Source of the DNA: a virus
Taxonomy: Duplodnaviria; Caudoviricetes
DNA length: 24,120 bases
IMG/VR virus record: IMGVR_UViG_3300025848_000183
Coordinates: 1 to 24,120 of that record
Strand: one strand, 5' to 3'
In this document: positions 6,138-15,340 of the stretch, one piece after another
Layout of the letters: every line of letters starts with the position of its first letter
How positions within the stretch are numbered: position 1 is the stretch's first letter
Notes under the pieces: model-generated
Told to the model about the DNA's origin: nothing
Databases searched by the model: none
Seen by the model: the letters and a program-made list of their open reading frames with translations, nothing else
Translations under genes and position numbers: made by a program

Positions 6138-7800
6138 GGCTCTGCTCCGAACCCTTGCGTGCCACCGGTGCCGCGCCTCGAGCGCGCAAAAACTCAGCCT
6201 CGACGTCTCCGTTGCTCATGTCATCTACAGGAGTTGTCGGCGCCGCCTTCTGCGACAAAGCGTCTCTCGTTCGCAGCGTAGCCATTTCCTCTGGAGTCCA
6301 CACGGAGGAGAGCATGTCCATCTGCCGAGACGGCGGAAGTCCATAGGCAAGGCCGGACAAATACGAGAGCCCAGCGTCCGGTCCAGCCCCTTGCTCGCGA
6401 GCGGACGCGAGAGATACGCGGATCGCGTTGCCGATGCGTTCGTGTTTCATCATCGCTCGAAACTCGGCGATTTGGCCAGCGATACGCTCAATCTCCTCCG
6501 ATGCGTTCATGTCGAACAGTTGGCGCATCCGAGCCTCCCATTGCTTAGGATCGCCGAGGACGTTTGTGTAGAACGTCTGGAAGTCGCGCTCTGTCTGCGT
6601 GCCGACGCCGCCGAAGTCGCGTTGCATCTGCGTGATCGCTGCCTTGCGAACATAAGGATCCGCTGACCTCAGACCGGCCGCCACCTGATCGCCCGACGCC
6701 GCCGCTTTGATGTCCGCGGCGAGACTGCTGCTGTTTGCCTTTCCTCTCGCGAACCACATTCGATCGTCAGAGACTCGGTCTCTGTCTTCCTTTGCCTCCG
6801 CGGCAGCGGATCGCGCTCCCGCCGATGCCAGTCTGCCGGCAGCGCGATCGATCGCTCCGATGGCGTCGTGCGCACGTTGCGCCATTGGTCCGCGAGCGAC
6901 CGCAAAAGCGGAGCGTCCTACCGAAATAAGCCGGTCGGCTTCCTCGGGCGAACCAGCGACCGATCGCGCGTAGCTGTCGAGGCTGTCCTGGTCGAACGAA
7001 CCGCCGCCGCCGCCAGATCCAAATCGTTTCTGCGTCGCGAGTTTCTCTGCGTAGCCTCGCATGCCCTCGCGAACGATCTTTTCTCTGTCTGCGTACCCAG
7101 TGGTTTTCTCCGCGCTCTGCAATAGTGCGTAACCACGCGCCGCGATCTTTGCGACGTCCTCCGGATTCCTGCCGAGACTCTCCGCGAGAGCAGGGATGCT
7201 GGACGCGAGGTCGGGACCGTCTACTGGCCCACCGACGCCGCCGAGCGTCGGAGGAGCAGACGGAGTCGGCTTCGCGGCCTCTGCCGGCGCCTGCATCGCC
7301 CGGTCGACCGCACCCGGAGACAGATCGAGCTCGCCGGGAGACAGAACGAGGGGAAGCGGTTCGGCCTTGCTTCCTGGCCGCTCGACCATCCCCGCGAGCC
7401 CGCCGAGTCGCGGCGGAGGCTGCTCCTGTCCGCCCAGCGCGTCAACGGCGGCTTGCGCCTGAGCGATGGCAACGGGATCGCCGCTCGCCTTCGCCTCGGC
7501 CAACCTCGTCTGCGCCCGAGCGAAAGCCGCCGCGCGTTTCGCCGCCATCTCGGCCGCTGCCGCTCGCTCGTTCGCCGCGATCTGCGCGTTGTCGCGACCG
7601 GTAATGGCGTTCTGTTGAAACCGCTCGCGCTCCATCGCTGCGATGTTGCCGGCATTCTCGCGCGCCATGGCCCCCTGCTCGCGCATGCCGCTTTGAAGCA
7701 TGTCGAGCACCGGGCCGAGGCGGTCAGGATACCTCGTCGGCCTATTCAGCGCGTCGGAGACGTCCGGAACACGAAGATTGCTGCCAGGAATATACGCCAC
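6130..7800 (-). CDS. 556-aa putative DNA ejection/injection protein
   Basis: GTG start with GAGGTGG SD. Ala/Gln-rich coiled coil, Pro-rich linker and helical C-terminal part. Position in the ejection cluster. Confidence 0.7.
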   Translation of the reverse strand: MAYIPGSNLRVPDVSDALNRPTRYPDRLGPVLDMLQSGMREQGAMARENAGNIAAMERERFQQNAITGRDNAQIAANERAAAAEMAAKRAAAFARAQTRLAEAKASGDPVAIAQAQAAVDALGGQEQPPPRLGGLAGMVERPGSKAEPLPLVLSPGELDLSPGAVDRAMQAPAEAAKPTPSAPPTLGGVGGPVDGPDLASSIPALAESLGRNPEDVAKIAARGYALLQSAEKTTGYADREKIVREGMRGYAEKLATQKRFGSGGGGGSFDQDSLDSYARSVAGSPEEADRLISVGRSAFAVARGPMAQRAHDAIGAIDRAAGRLASAGARSAAAEAKEDRDRVSDDRMWFARGKANSSSLAADIKAAASGDQVAAGLRSADPYVRKAAITQMQRDFGGVGTQTERDFQTFYTNVLGDPKQWEARMRQLFDMNASEEIERIAGQIAEFRAMMKHERIGNAIRVSLASAREQGAGPDAGLSYLSGLAYGLPPSRQMDMLSSVWTPEEMATLRTRDALSQKAAPTTPVDDMSNGDVEAEFLRARGAAPVARKGSEQSHE

Positions 7801-7809
7801 AGGTCCACC

Positions 7810-9060
7810 TCAACTCTCGTCCAGTACCCGTCCTGCCCAGCCGCCAGCGCTCGCTCCAGCCGCCGCTCCTCCTGGGCCGCCGAAGTACATGCCAGCGGCG
7901 CCGCCGATGAGTGTTCCGAGTTCCTGCGCGAGCCCCGTGTTGCCCGACTCGACCGCCGATCTGTACGCCGCGATCAGCCCCTGCGGCGCCCCCGTATACA
8001 TCGAAAGCTCGGCGTCTGTCATCGCAAGATTGATGTCCTGCGCGCGACCCTGCGCATCTCCGCTCAGCCCGGCATACCTGTCGCCCTGCGCTCCGACGGC
8101 ATTGAGCGCAAGCGTGTTCGCGGCGAGATTCGATGCGTCGGCCCCGGCCGCAAGACTGCCGAGCAACTCCTTCTCGTTGCCGATCGACTTGTCCGCCTCG
8201 GCCGCGCCACCCAGGAGAGCGTCGAAGCGACCCAGAGAGAACTGGTCCGCTCCGCCGGCGAGGTTCCCGAGGGTCGAGAACCGCGCATTCGAGGACGAGT
8301 CGGCCTGACCCGCGAGTCGTCCGAGCATGTCCTGGCGCTGAAGGCCGTACTCTGCGTTGTACTTCGCCTCCTCTGCGCCAAGGCGAGCCAGTCCCTGCAT
8401 ATTCGTTTCGAGCGCGCGAGACGACCCGCCCATGCCCTTGGCCCTGGCCTCGGCGTTCAGTCGCCTAAGCATGTCGTCTCTCTCGAAATCGTAGAAGCCA
8501 GAGGCGTCAGCCGCAAGACCCGATCCTCTGGCGTCGTCGAACTGCTGAGCGGAGTACGTCGGCGTGCCGCTTTGCTGCATCATCGCGTCAAACGCGGCGT
8601 CCTGACGATTCTCGTTCAGGCTTCCTTGCTCAGCAGAAAACGTGGTCGACGTCGTCGTTTTGTTGTCGTTGAGGCCGGGAGACAGGTCGGCGACGACCTT
8701 CTCTTGCGCGGTGTCTCCGAGCAGATCCGTCCCGCTCGTCGTGATCGGCTTCCCCGTACCTGTCGTGCCCGACGCGAAGGATCCGGCGGCCTTCGCTGCC
8801 GCCGTGGCCGTTCCGCCGCCAAACGCTCCGCCGTCGCGGAGTCCGCCTGCCGTTCCGGACACCTTGTTGAGCGCATCATTCGCCGACGACATGCCGGACG
8901 AACCCCACCGCCCGCCTACCCTCGCCACGTTGCGATTCGACGTCTGCTCTGGCGACAGCCATGCGCTGCGGCGCGCATTGTTCCACGCAGGAGCAGACGC
9001 GGCAGCGCTCTTGGCGACCCCGGCCAAGCCAGCTTTCTTGAACGAACTTCCGATTCCCAT
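7810..9060 (-). CDS. 416-aa putative ejection/pilot protein with 18-aa repeats and C-terminal glycine zipper
   Basis: ATG 9060 in a TGATG overlap. Gly/Ala/Ser-rich. Ends in LGTLIGGAAGMYFGGPGGAAAGASAGG. Confidence 0.7.
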   Translation of the reverse strand: MGIGSSFKKAGLAGVAKSAAASAPAWNNARRSAWLSPEQTSNRNVARVGGRWGSSGMSSANDALNKVSGTAGGLRDGGAFGGGTATAAAKAAGSFASGTTGTGKPITTSGTDLLGDTAQEKVVADLSPGLNDNKTTTSTTFSAEQGSLNENRQDAAFDAMMQQSGTPTYSAQQFDDARGSGLAADASGFYDFERDDMLRRLNAEARAKGMGGSSRALETNMQGLARLGAEEAKYNAEYGLQRQDMLGRLAGQADSSSNARFSTLGNLAGGADQFSLGRFDALLGGAAEADKSIGNEKELLGSLAAGADASNLAANTLALNAVGAQGDRYAGLSGDAQGRAQDINLAMTDAELSMYTGAPQGLIAAYRSAVESGNTGLAQELGTLIGGAAGMYFGGPGGAAAGASAGGWAGRVLDES

Positions 9061-9605
9061 CAGTAGAACTCCGATTGTCCGGGCGCCTGGGAGCGCGCTG
9101 CGGCTTGCTGTTGTTGATACAACTGCCACGCTGCCATCGTGTTCCTAGGATACCCCTGCGGCTGGCTGTTTATGTGCCAGGTCACAAACTGCGACTGGCT
9201 CATGCCCGGCGGAGCCGTTTGACCCTGGTACTGTTGGCCGAGGTACCTGTCTTCGCGTGGCTGCCACTTGATCGTCTCCTCGACCGACGGAGCGAAGATC
9301 TTTTCTCCCGTCTCTGGATTCGTGAGCGGGTTCATGGACACCTCGTCGAACCCTGTTCCGTGGTACGGATCGGCAAAGAGCGTGTCGTAGTTCGGAGCCT
9401 GATATCTTCCGCCGGTCATTTCTGTGAGCAGGCGGTCCATGTTGCCGTACGCTTCGGCCGTGTTCTTTCCGGCGTTCAGAGCCGCCTGTCTCGCCGGCCT
9501 GCGCATGTTCTGATATTGCAGCGACGCCTCGTTCATTCGCTGCGTCACTTCGCGCTGCGAACCCTCGAGCTTCTTCTGATCGTCGCTCTTTCCGAAGATT
9601 CCCAT
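9060..9605 (-). CDS. 181-aa putative small ejection protein
   Basis: Starts 1 nt after the hub stop. MGIFG N-terminus and Gln-rich helix. Position directly after the gp10-like gene. Confidence 0.6.
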   Translation of the reverse strand: MGIFGKSDDQKKLEGSQREVTQRMNEASLQYQNMRRPARQAALNAGKNTAEAYGNMDRLLTEMTGGRYQAPNYDTLFADPYHGTGFDEVSMNPLTNPETGEKIFAPSVEETIKWQPREDRYLGQQYQGQTAPPGMSQSQFVTWHINSQPQGYPRNTMAAWQLYQQQQAAARSQAPGQSEFY

Positions 9606-9606
9606 A

Positions 9607-11025
9607 TCAGACCCCCAAGACGTCGAAATCTTCTGAGACGCCGGCTAGGACGAGTTCCGCCGTGTCCATGAACGTGAACCGCCATTGCCTGCGGCGATAC
9701 GATCCGAGCGACCGAAGCTCGACCACTGGGAGTGTATCACCCGTCGTGCCAAGAGACACGCGGACGTCGCTCGACCAGCTTCCGAGGTCGTCGCGCCAAG
9801 AGACGAGGAGCGTCGGAGCTGTCCCGCCGGTCTGCCCGCGCCGCAGGGCGATCCTGAGCGCCTTGCAGTGCTTCATAGCGTCGGTACCACGGTTGATGAA
9901 CCCGGTCTCGACGTATCCCTTGAGGACGGTTCCAGCGTCGGAGTACGCCGTTCGAGAGAGGCTCATGACACGTCCGTCTGTCAGACCAACGAGGTTGTCG
10001 CCGTACCCGATGCGAACCGCGTGGCTCGACACGGGGAAGCGGGTCCAGCCCGTCGTCCCGGTGTCGTACATGTACCACCTAGACCACGTCCCGTTCGAGT
10101 ACACGAAGGTCTGCCCGTCGGTCGGGAATGTCCACACGAGAAGGTCGTACGCGCCTTCGGCGACGCGATACCCGAAGCAGTCGCTGGGCGTCGTGATGTC
10201 GTCGAGAGAGAGCGCGTTCGAGATCACCTCCGGCTCCCTGCCGGAGAAGGAAACGAAACGCATCCGGTCGTCGAGCCAGGCGAATCCGGTGTCCGTCCTG
10301 ACGATCGAGTGCCTTGCCGAGCAACCGATCTCGATCGCTCCGACAAGGGCAAAATCCTGAGTGCTGTCCGGGACAAAAGTTGACGTCGTTGACGTCCCGA
10401 AGGCGAAGATGGCTGACGTCGTGTCTGCGATTGCGATTACCGGGTCGGGTCGCGCAGAAGTGGAGAACTCTCCGGTTTCGTAGCCCGTCCACACCTCGTG
10501 TCCGGCGTACGACGTGGACCCTTCCTGCGTTTGCGAGTAGTAAATCCTGCCACGATAGGCAGCGTTGTTGTTCGTGAGAAGCCGCGTGTCTATCGTGGCG
10601 ATGTGCGTCGACTCGACAGGCCCTCCCGCCAGCGGGGACATAGCGTCCGTCGCCAGCACCACCTTGTACGGGTAGCTTCCGGTTGTGATCCCAAGGATCG
10701 CCTCCGTCTCCACGATGCTAGGTCGAAAGAGCCCGGGCATGCTCCCGAGCGAAGCTGCTCCACCGCTGCCGACGAGGAACATCTCGCCGCTCGCTGCTCC
10801 CTGAGCGAAGGCGTAGAGCTTTCCACCGTTCGTGTATCTGAGGCCGGAGATCTCGTCGGTCGAGAACGCCGTGGAGTAGAACGAGGAGTGCGCGACGATT
10901 CCGGGACGCAGGCGCACAGCCCCGCGAGAATCCGCGAGGACGTTGATCGCGACAGGGCTCGCCCCGGCGAGCTCCTCGTCGTTCGACTCCTCGTTGTTCG
11001 TCAGCGGTACAGGCGCGGTGCTCAT
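9607..11025 (-). CDS. tail hub / packaged-DNA stabilisation protein (P22 gp10-like beta-propeller), 472 aa
   Basis: Family-type motifs SARPDPVIAI, IFAFGTSTT, IEIGCSARHSI, LVWTFPTDGQTFVY and LRSLGSYRRRQWRF. ATG 11025 in an ATGA overlap. Confidence 0.85.
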   Translation of the reverse strand: MSTAPVPLTNNEESNDEELAGASPVAINVLADSRGAVRLRPGIVAHSSFYSTAFSTDEISGLRYTNGGKLYAFAQGAASGEMFLVGSGGAASLGSMPGLFRPSIVETEAILGITTGSYPYKVVLATDAMSPLAGGPVESTHIATIDTRLLTNNNAAYRGRIYYSQTQEGSTSYAGHEVWTGYETGEFSTSARPDPVIAIADTTSAIFAFGTSTTSTFVPDSTQDFALVGAIEIGCSARHSIVRTDTGFAWLDDRMRFVSFSGREPEVISNALSLDDITTPSDCFGYRVAEGAYDLLVWTFPTDGQTFVYSNGTWSRWYMYDTGTTGWTRFPVSSHAVRIGYGDNLVGLTDGRVMSLSRTAYSDAGTVLKGYVETGFINRGTDAMKHCKALRIALRRGQTGGTAPTLLVSWRDDLGSWSSDVRVSLGTTGDTLPVVELRSLGSYRRRQWRFTFMDTAELVLAGVSEDFDVLGV

Positions 11026-12659
11026 GGCGTGAAGTTCGTTCCGTTCGCTTGGAGCCACACGAGGGTTGATCCGTCGTGCGACGCGCAGACGAAGCGCACG
11101 ACCGTTACTTTCGCGTCGTCAGGAACGGTGACGCTGTCGACCTGCACGTTGTTTCCCCAGGTGATCGCGCCAAGCGGCGTGACGCCGGAGTTGTTGTAAA
11201 TGACTAGCGTGAACTCGCTCCCCGGAGTCGCGTTGTTGAAGTTCAACGTCTGCACCGCGCCGCCCGTGCGACGAAGTACAACGACGCCGTACTGGTCGGC
11301 CGGGATCGTGAGCGGCGTCGTGTTGTCAGACGTACGGTAGTACATCTCGGGACGAGTACCGAGGACGACCCGCGTCGCGTCCCACGCCGGAGTGTATGCG
11401 TAAGGCGTGACGCTGGAGTGAAAGACGTTTCCGCTCTCGGTAATGCGCATTGTGGACGAAAGAGTTCCTTCGATCTCGATCCCAGTGATCGTGCCCGACG
11501 AGTCGTAGTTGAACTCATTTCCCGTGATCGCTGCATAAGCGTTGGCAACGTTCGGAATGACGATGCAACTCTGTGCCCCACCTTGCCCAGGCTCGAACCG
11601 TGTGCCGACGACCGTGAGCCGCGGACACCTGACCATCTCGCCTGAGAACGAGTTCGGCGTGGTCAGCCAGCAGTGGTCGAGCCAGATCTGCGCGCTCGTG
11701 CTGTCGCTCGTGACAACGTGTCCGCCCGACGTGCTTCCGATGTCGAAGCGGCAGAAGGAGAAGCGTGCCGTGGATACGACGGCGGACGCCGGATCGTCCC
11801 ACACGTATTTCGTGTAAGACGAATCGCCGAATACGCAGTTCTGTGCCAGAAAATGCGTGCTGCTTACGGAGTACGGCAGGAAGATCGGTTTGCTGTTCGA
11901 CTGCGCATTCTCGAAGCGCAGGTCGCGAAACACCTGACTCCGGTTCGTTGTCCCGCTCGTGAACGTGACGTGAGCCGCGGAGGCGGCGTCCATCTTGATT
12001 AGTGAGACCTTCGGAGACACCCCAGCGAACGAGACTGTCCCAGGCACGTTGAGTGTCGTCGTGATCCTGTACGTCCCCTTCGGGAAGTACACGGTGCCGC
12101 CTCCCGCCGCGCTCGCCGCCGAGATAGCAGCGTTGATCGCCGCCGTGTCGTCGGTTGCTCCGTCGCCCGTCGCGCCAGTTGCGTACGCCGTGCTTTTGAC
12201 GTTGTACAGCATCCCGGAGAGTCGGGACGCGAACGACGACAGTGGAGTTGACGCTCCCTCAAAAAGAACCTCGAAGTCGTCAGCCCCAGCGCTGTTGTCC
12301 CATTTGTCCAGGACAGCCTTCAGCGTCGTCGGTTGACTCGTCGCCGTAGGCGCCCCGGAGTACGCCGTCCCGGTGAAGCTGTCGCTCTTGACCTCGATGT
12401 TCCCCGCTCCGACGCCGGAGACGAACGTCCGAACGGTGTTGCCGCTGCTGTCCTTGCAGGCCACGGTCACCAGGACGTTGTCGACGTACGCGACGGCGCC
12501 GCCGCGAGCGTCGAGCGTGATCGTGTTGCTCGCGTACGAACCGGTCCCCTCGAAGTCAGTGTAGACCGTGGTCGATGTCGCCGTTCCGCGTAGCGTGATG
12601 ACCGCCGTTCCGTTCTCGCAACCCGCGACGCCGGGAACAAGTGCTTCGATCAAATGCAT
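11022..12659 (-). CDS. tailspike with pectate-lyase-3-like right-handed beta-helix, 545 aa
   Basis: YNVK..YATGATGDGATDDTAAINAAI..GGGTVYFPKGTYRI signature. N-terminal virion-binding-like segment (TVYTDFEG...NTITLDARG). C-terminal beta-sandwich-like region. Confidence 0.85.
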   Translation of the reverse strand: MHLIEALVPGVAGCENGTAVITLRGTATSTTVYTDFEGTGSYASNTITLDARGGAVAYVDNVLVTVACKDSSGNTVRTFVSGVGAGNIEVKSDSFTGTAYSGAPTATSQPTTLKAVLDKWDNSAGADDFEVLFEGASTPLSSFASRLSGMLYNVKSTAYATGATGDGATDDTAAINAAISAASAAGGGTVYFPKGTYRITTTLNVPGTVSFAGVSPKVSLIKMDAASAAHVTFTSGTTNRSQVFRDLRFENAQSNSKPIFLPYSVSSTHFLAQNCVFGDSSYTKYVWDDPASAVVSTARFSFCRFDIGSTSGGHVVTSDSTSAQIWLDHCWLTTPNSFSGEMVRCPRLTVVGTRFEPGQGGAQSCIVIPNVANAYAAITGNEFNYDSSGTITGIEIEGTLSSTMRITESGNVFHSSVTPYAYTPAWDATRVVLGTRPEMYYRTSDNTTPLTIPADQYGVVVLRRTGGAVQTLNFNNATPGSEFTLVIYNNSGVTPLGAITWGNNVQVDSVTVPDDAKVTVVRFVCASHDGSTLVWLQANGTNFTP

Positions 12660-13357
12660 CAGCGCCTCCAGGCCGTCGAGTGCTGTACGACCATTTGCGA
12701 CGGGAGCCCGCTCTTGCTACGAGCCATCGCCGCTTTCATCTTAGCCTCAGCAGCCCCACGAAGGTAGCCGACACGGTCGAGCGGAAGGCTGTGGGCGAAC
12801 GCCAGCTTCGACGCCAGTGCGTGGATGATGTAGTCCACCCAGTGCCGCTCGAGGTCGAGCGTCTTGCTGCCATCGTCGTTGTCTCCGAGCAGCTTGTGGA
12901 CTTGCAGGTTGATCGTGCCGGCGGCGTCCGGAACCGGCCAGACGTAAAGCGTCATGGTCGCAAGCCTGTGCAGGTACATCCTGGATGGCCTGCCCCGCGA
13001 GACCTTGTCGGTGAGAGCGTGGTACTCCTCGCGCGAAATCGGCTCGACCCGCGCCTCTCCCGTCGTCTGCCCGGTCGGTAGGTACATCCCGACGCCGGCC
13101 AGGTCGATCGTGTACGTCGGCAGGGTGTACGACGCGGTCCCAGCCGCGACGGTGAGCGAGTAGAAGTCGACGGCGCGGACGACGATTCCGGCCGCCTGCA
13201 GAGCATCGATCTCGAGCTCAAGGAGGTCGCGGCCCAGGCTCGCCTTCTCGTTCGAGACGCTGCCCTGCTCGGCCGGAGTGAGCCCGGCGAGTTGGTACGC
13301 GCGCCAAACGATCGTCTGGATGTCGAGTTCGCGCGTCCTCGTGCTGTTCGCTGTCAT
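12659..13357 (-). CDS. head-tail adaptor/connector protein, 232 aa
   Basis: LDIQTIVWRAYQLAG N-terminus and motifs AGTASYTLP, ISREEY, GRPSRMY, LYVWPVPD, IIHALASKLA typical of podovirus adaptor proteins. Overlaps at both ends. Confidence 0.8.
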   Translation of the reverse strand: MTANSTRTRELDIQTIVWRAYQLAGLTPAEQGSVSNEKASLGRDLLELEIDALQAAGIVVRAVDFYSLTVAAGTASYTLPTYTIDLAGVGMYLPTGQTTGEARVEPISREEYHALTDKVSRGRPSRMYLHRLATMTLYVWPVPDAAGTINLQVHKLLGDNDDGSKTLDLERHWVDYIIHALASKLAFAHSLPLDRVGYLRGAAEAKMKAAMARSKSGLPSQMVVQHSTAWRR

Positions 13358-14286
13358 GCGTAAACCCCCGAGACGTAAGTATGCACGGCAAGCATATCAG
13401 CGGCAGAGAGGGCGCGTCTGAACGCAGCCTGCACGCCGATGCCCTGGTGTGTCAGTCCGGTTGACCCAACGAACTCCTGACGAGTGTTCGAGGCCGAGAA
13501 GACGAAGGCCGCGCTGCCGGCGGACACCCCGTTGATGTACAGCGTTGCCGTCGTGCCGTCACACGACCATCCGATGGTGCGCCACGCCGCGTTGCTGTAG
13601 TTTCCTACCGATATCTCGGCTGTCACTACCGTTGATCCCTGGTCCACGAACACGGAGTTGTAACCGTCGCTCGCTCGCATCTGAGAGCCGACACCGCTAA
13701 CGTCGTTGTCTGGATCCGCGTCGGAGTCGTCCCCGGACCACGCAAGAGCGTCGAGGTTCGACGAGTCCGGCAACACCCTGGCGACGAGCGAGAACGCTCC
13801 GAAGCCTGTCAGGTCCGGGCGGCCACGCCTGATCAGGTAGTCGTACGTGATGCCGTAGCCGTCGAGTCTCCGAGGCGTCCCCACCGTGTGATACCGACGA
13901 TCCGCGATCGCCTGCGCGAAGTCCGGGCCTCCGGCGCGGTCGACCACGCTCGCAGCCCGATCGTCCGCGTCCAGCGTCGCATCCCTGCCTTCGACCCAGT
14001 ACGCGCAAGACCCGAGACTCGACCAGAGGCCGTGACCGCTGGCTGGCGACCATAGAGCGGGGCGTGCGTCCGGCGGGGACAGTTTCGACCGCTTCTGTCC
14101 TCCGGCGGCGTTCAGCCGGTCGAGAGTTACAGCGTCCCGGCCTCTGGCGTCGTCAGGACACGCGAAGCGACCGCTCCCGTCCCGTACGAGACTGCTGCGG
14201 CGATAGGCCACGCCGCAGTAACTGCACTCCGCGGTGTAATCTCCGCGAGGAGCGTTACGTGGCCAGCGCTTTCCGATCGTCCGCAA
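13354..14286 (-). CDS. 310-aa protein: N-terminal Cys-rich Zn-ribbon-like domain fused to a LamG/ConA-like domain
   Basis: TTG start at 14286 with GGAGGG SD. Motif CSYCG...RFAC. C-terminal NAAWRTIGWSCDGTTATLYING and FRRALSAADM LamG-type signatures. Confidence 0.7.
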   Translation of the reverse strand: MRTIGKRWPRNAPRGDYTAECSYCGVAYRRSSLVRDGSGRFACPDDARGRDAVTLDRLNAAGGQKRSKLSPPDARPALWSPASGHGLWSSLGSCAYWVEGRDATLDADDRAASVVDRAGGPDFAQAIADRRYHTVGTPRRLDGYGITYDYLIRRGRPDLTGFGAFSLVARVLPDSSNLDALAWSGDDSDADPDNDVSGVGSQMRASDGYNSVFVDQGSTVVTAEISVGNYSNAAWRTIGWSCDGTTATLYINGVSAGSAAFVFSASNTRQEFVGSTGLTHQGIGVQAAFRRALSAADMLAVHTYVSGVYA

Positions 14287-14313
14287 GACCTGCCCTCCGA
14301 AGATGAAAGAGAG

Positions 14314-14377
14314 GCTCCGAGCGCCCTCCGAGAGGCGGAGAGCAGCGAGAGAGGACGCCCCGGAGGACGCCCGGAGC
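14314..14377 (-). terminator. 20-bp stem-loop after the capsid gene block (terminator-like or processing site)
   Basis: GCTCCGGGCGTCCTCCGGGG pairs with TCTCGGAGGGCGCTCGGAGC using 4 G-U pairs, followed by the pyrimidine tract CTCTCTTTCATCTTC. No classic poly-U tail. Confidence 0.6.
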
Positions 14378-14386
14378 AACGAGGGT

Positions 14387-15328
14387 TCAGGTAGACTCGG
14401 TTCCGAACAGCGCTGCGCGTGTGCCCGCCCCGTCCGTCGTGGTGACCTGGCGGCCGACCCAGAAGGCGTTGAGGGTTCCCGCCCCGGCGATGCCGGAGTT
14501 CACGAGGAAGGTGGTTCGGTCAATGATGCCGGTGGTCGTCGCGTGGCCCGTCAGAGCCTCGGTCGAACCGCTCTTGCTGTTGCCGATGATGCAGTCCTGA
14601 ATCACGACGTCTGTTGACGCCGTGGTCAGGAAGCGGACGATGCCGACTCCGTTCGCCGATGTGCCGGCTACAACGTAGTTGCCGACGAAGCGGAGACGGT
14701 CCGCGCCGACGAACTGAAAACCAGTCGTCGCCGCGCCGTCGGCCGCTCCGTAGACGAAGCAGTTGGCGATGGTGAGGTCAGCCGCCGTCGTCGTCACGCC
14801 GATCGTCGTCTTGCTGTTCGCGTCCGTCGAGAGCCGGATCTGGCAGTTCGTGATCGCGCACCCAGCCGCCGAGACGGTGATGGGGGCTGCCACAGTGGTC
14901 GAACCGGTCCCAGGGTCCATGTTCAGGATGCAGTTGTCGATGTGGACGTTGGCCACGTCGAGGAGGAACGTCGCGGTCGCCGCCGTCCAGGTGAACGTCG
15001 GGCGAGCCGTCCCGTGGCCGCGACCGAGAATTCGCGTCCCGGCCACGAGGCTGCTCATCTGATCCGCCGAGGAGATGTTCTCCGCGTGGCCTTCGAGCAC
15101 GACGACGGCGTCGCCGCGCGCCGATCGGCAGAGGGCGAGCGCAGCGTTCAGGGTGGTCACCAGCTTCGCTCGGACGTCAGGATGATCCCCGTCCTGTACG
15201 CCGCCGGATCGAACGTACGCAACGACCTCGCCGCCAGGCGGCACGATCGTCCCGTACTCGTGACGCAGGCCAGCGCCTACCGGGTAGGAAGGCACCTGCG
15301 GGAACGTGAATGCTCCGTAAACCGCCAT
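14387..15328 (-). CDS. 313-aa right-handed beta-helix (pectin-lyase-like) virion protein
   Basis: TTLNAALALC..RGDAVVVLEGH cap, ILGRG..RPT, and repeated IDNC/ITNC/IANC/IQDC ladder rungs. GGGGAG SD. Confidence 0.75.
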   Translation of the reverse strand: MAVYGAFTFPQVPSYPVGAGLRHEYGTIVPPGGEVVAYVRSGGVQDGDHPDVRAKLVTTLNAALALCRSARGDAVVVLEGHAENISSADQMSSLVAGTRILGRGHGTARPTFTWTAATATFLLDVANVHIDNCILNMDPGTGSTTVAAPITVSAAGCAITNCQIRLSTDANSKTTIGVTTTAADLTIANCFVYGAADGAATTGFQFVGADRLRFVGNYVVAGTSANGVGIVRFLTTASTDVVIQDCIIGNSKSGSTEALTGHATTTGIIDRTTFLVNSGIAGAGTLNAFWVGRQVTTTDGAGTRAALFGTEST

Positions 15329-15340
15329 GATTCTCTCCCC

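Noticed and set aside
7798-7812. In-frame single-UGA junction between the 416-aa and 556-aa ejection genes
   Set aside because: The spacer is simply the SD (GAGGTGG) for the GTG start. Nothing else supports readthrough.
353-13911. GCGATCGC (HIP1-like) octamers at about 353, 642, 2073 and 13904
   Set aside because: Only a few copies were noticed in 24 kb of GC-rich DNA, consistent with Ala-Ile-Ala codons rather than HIP1 enrichment.
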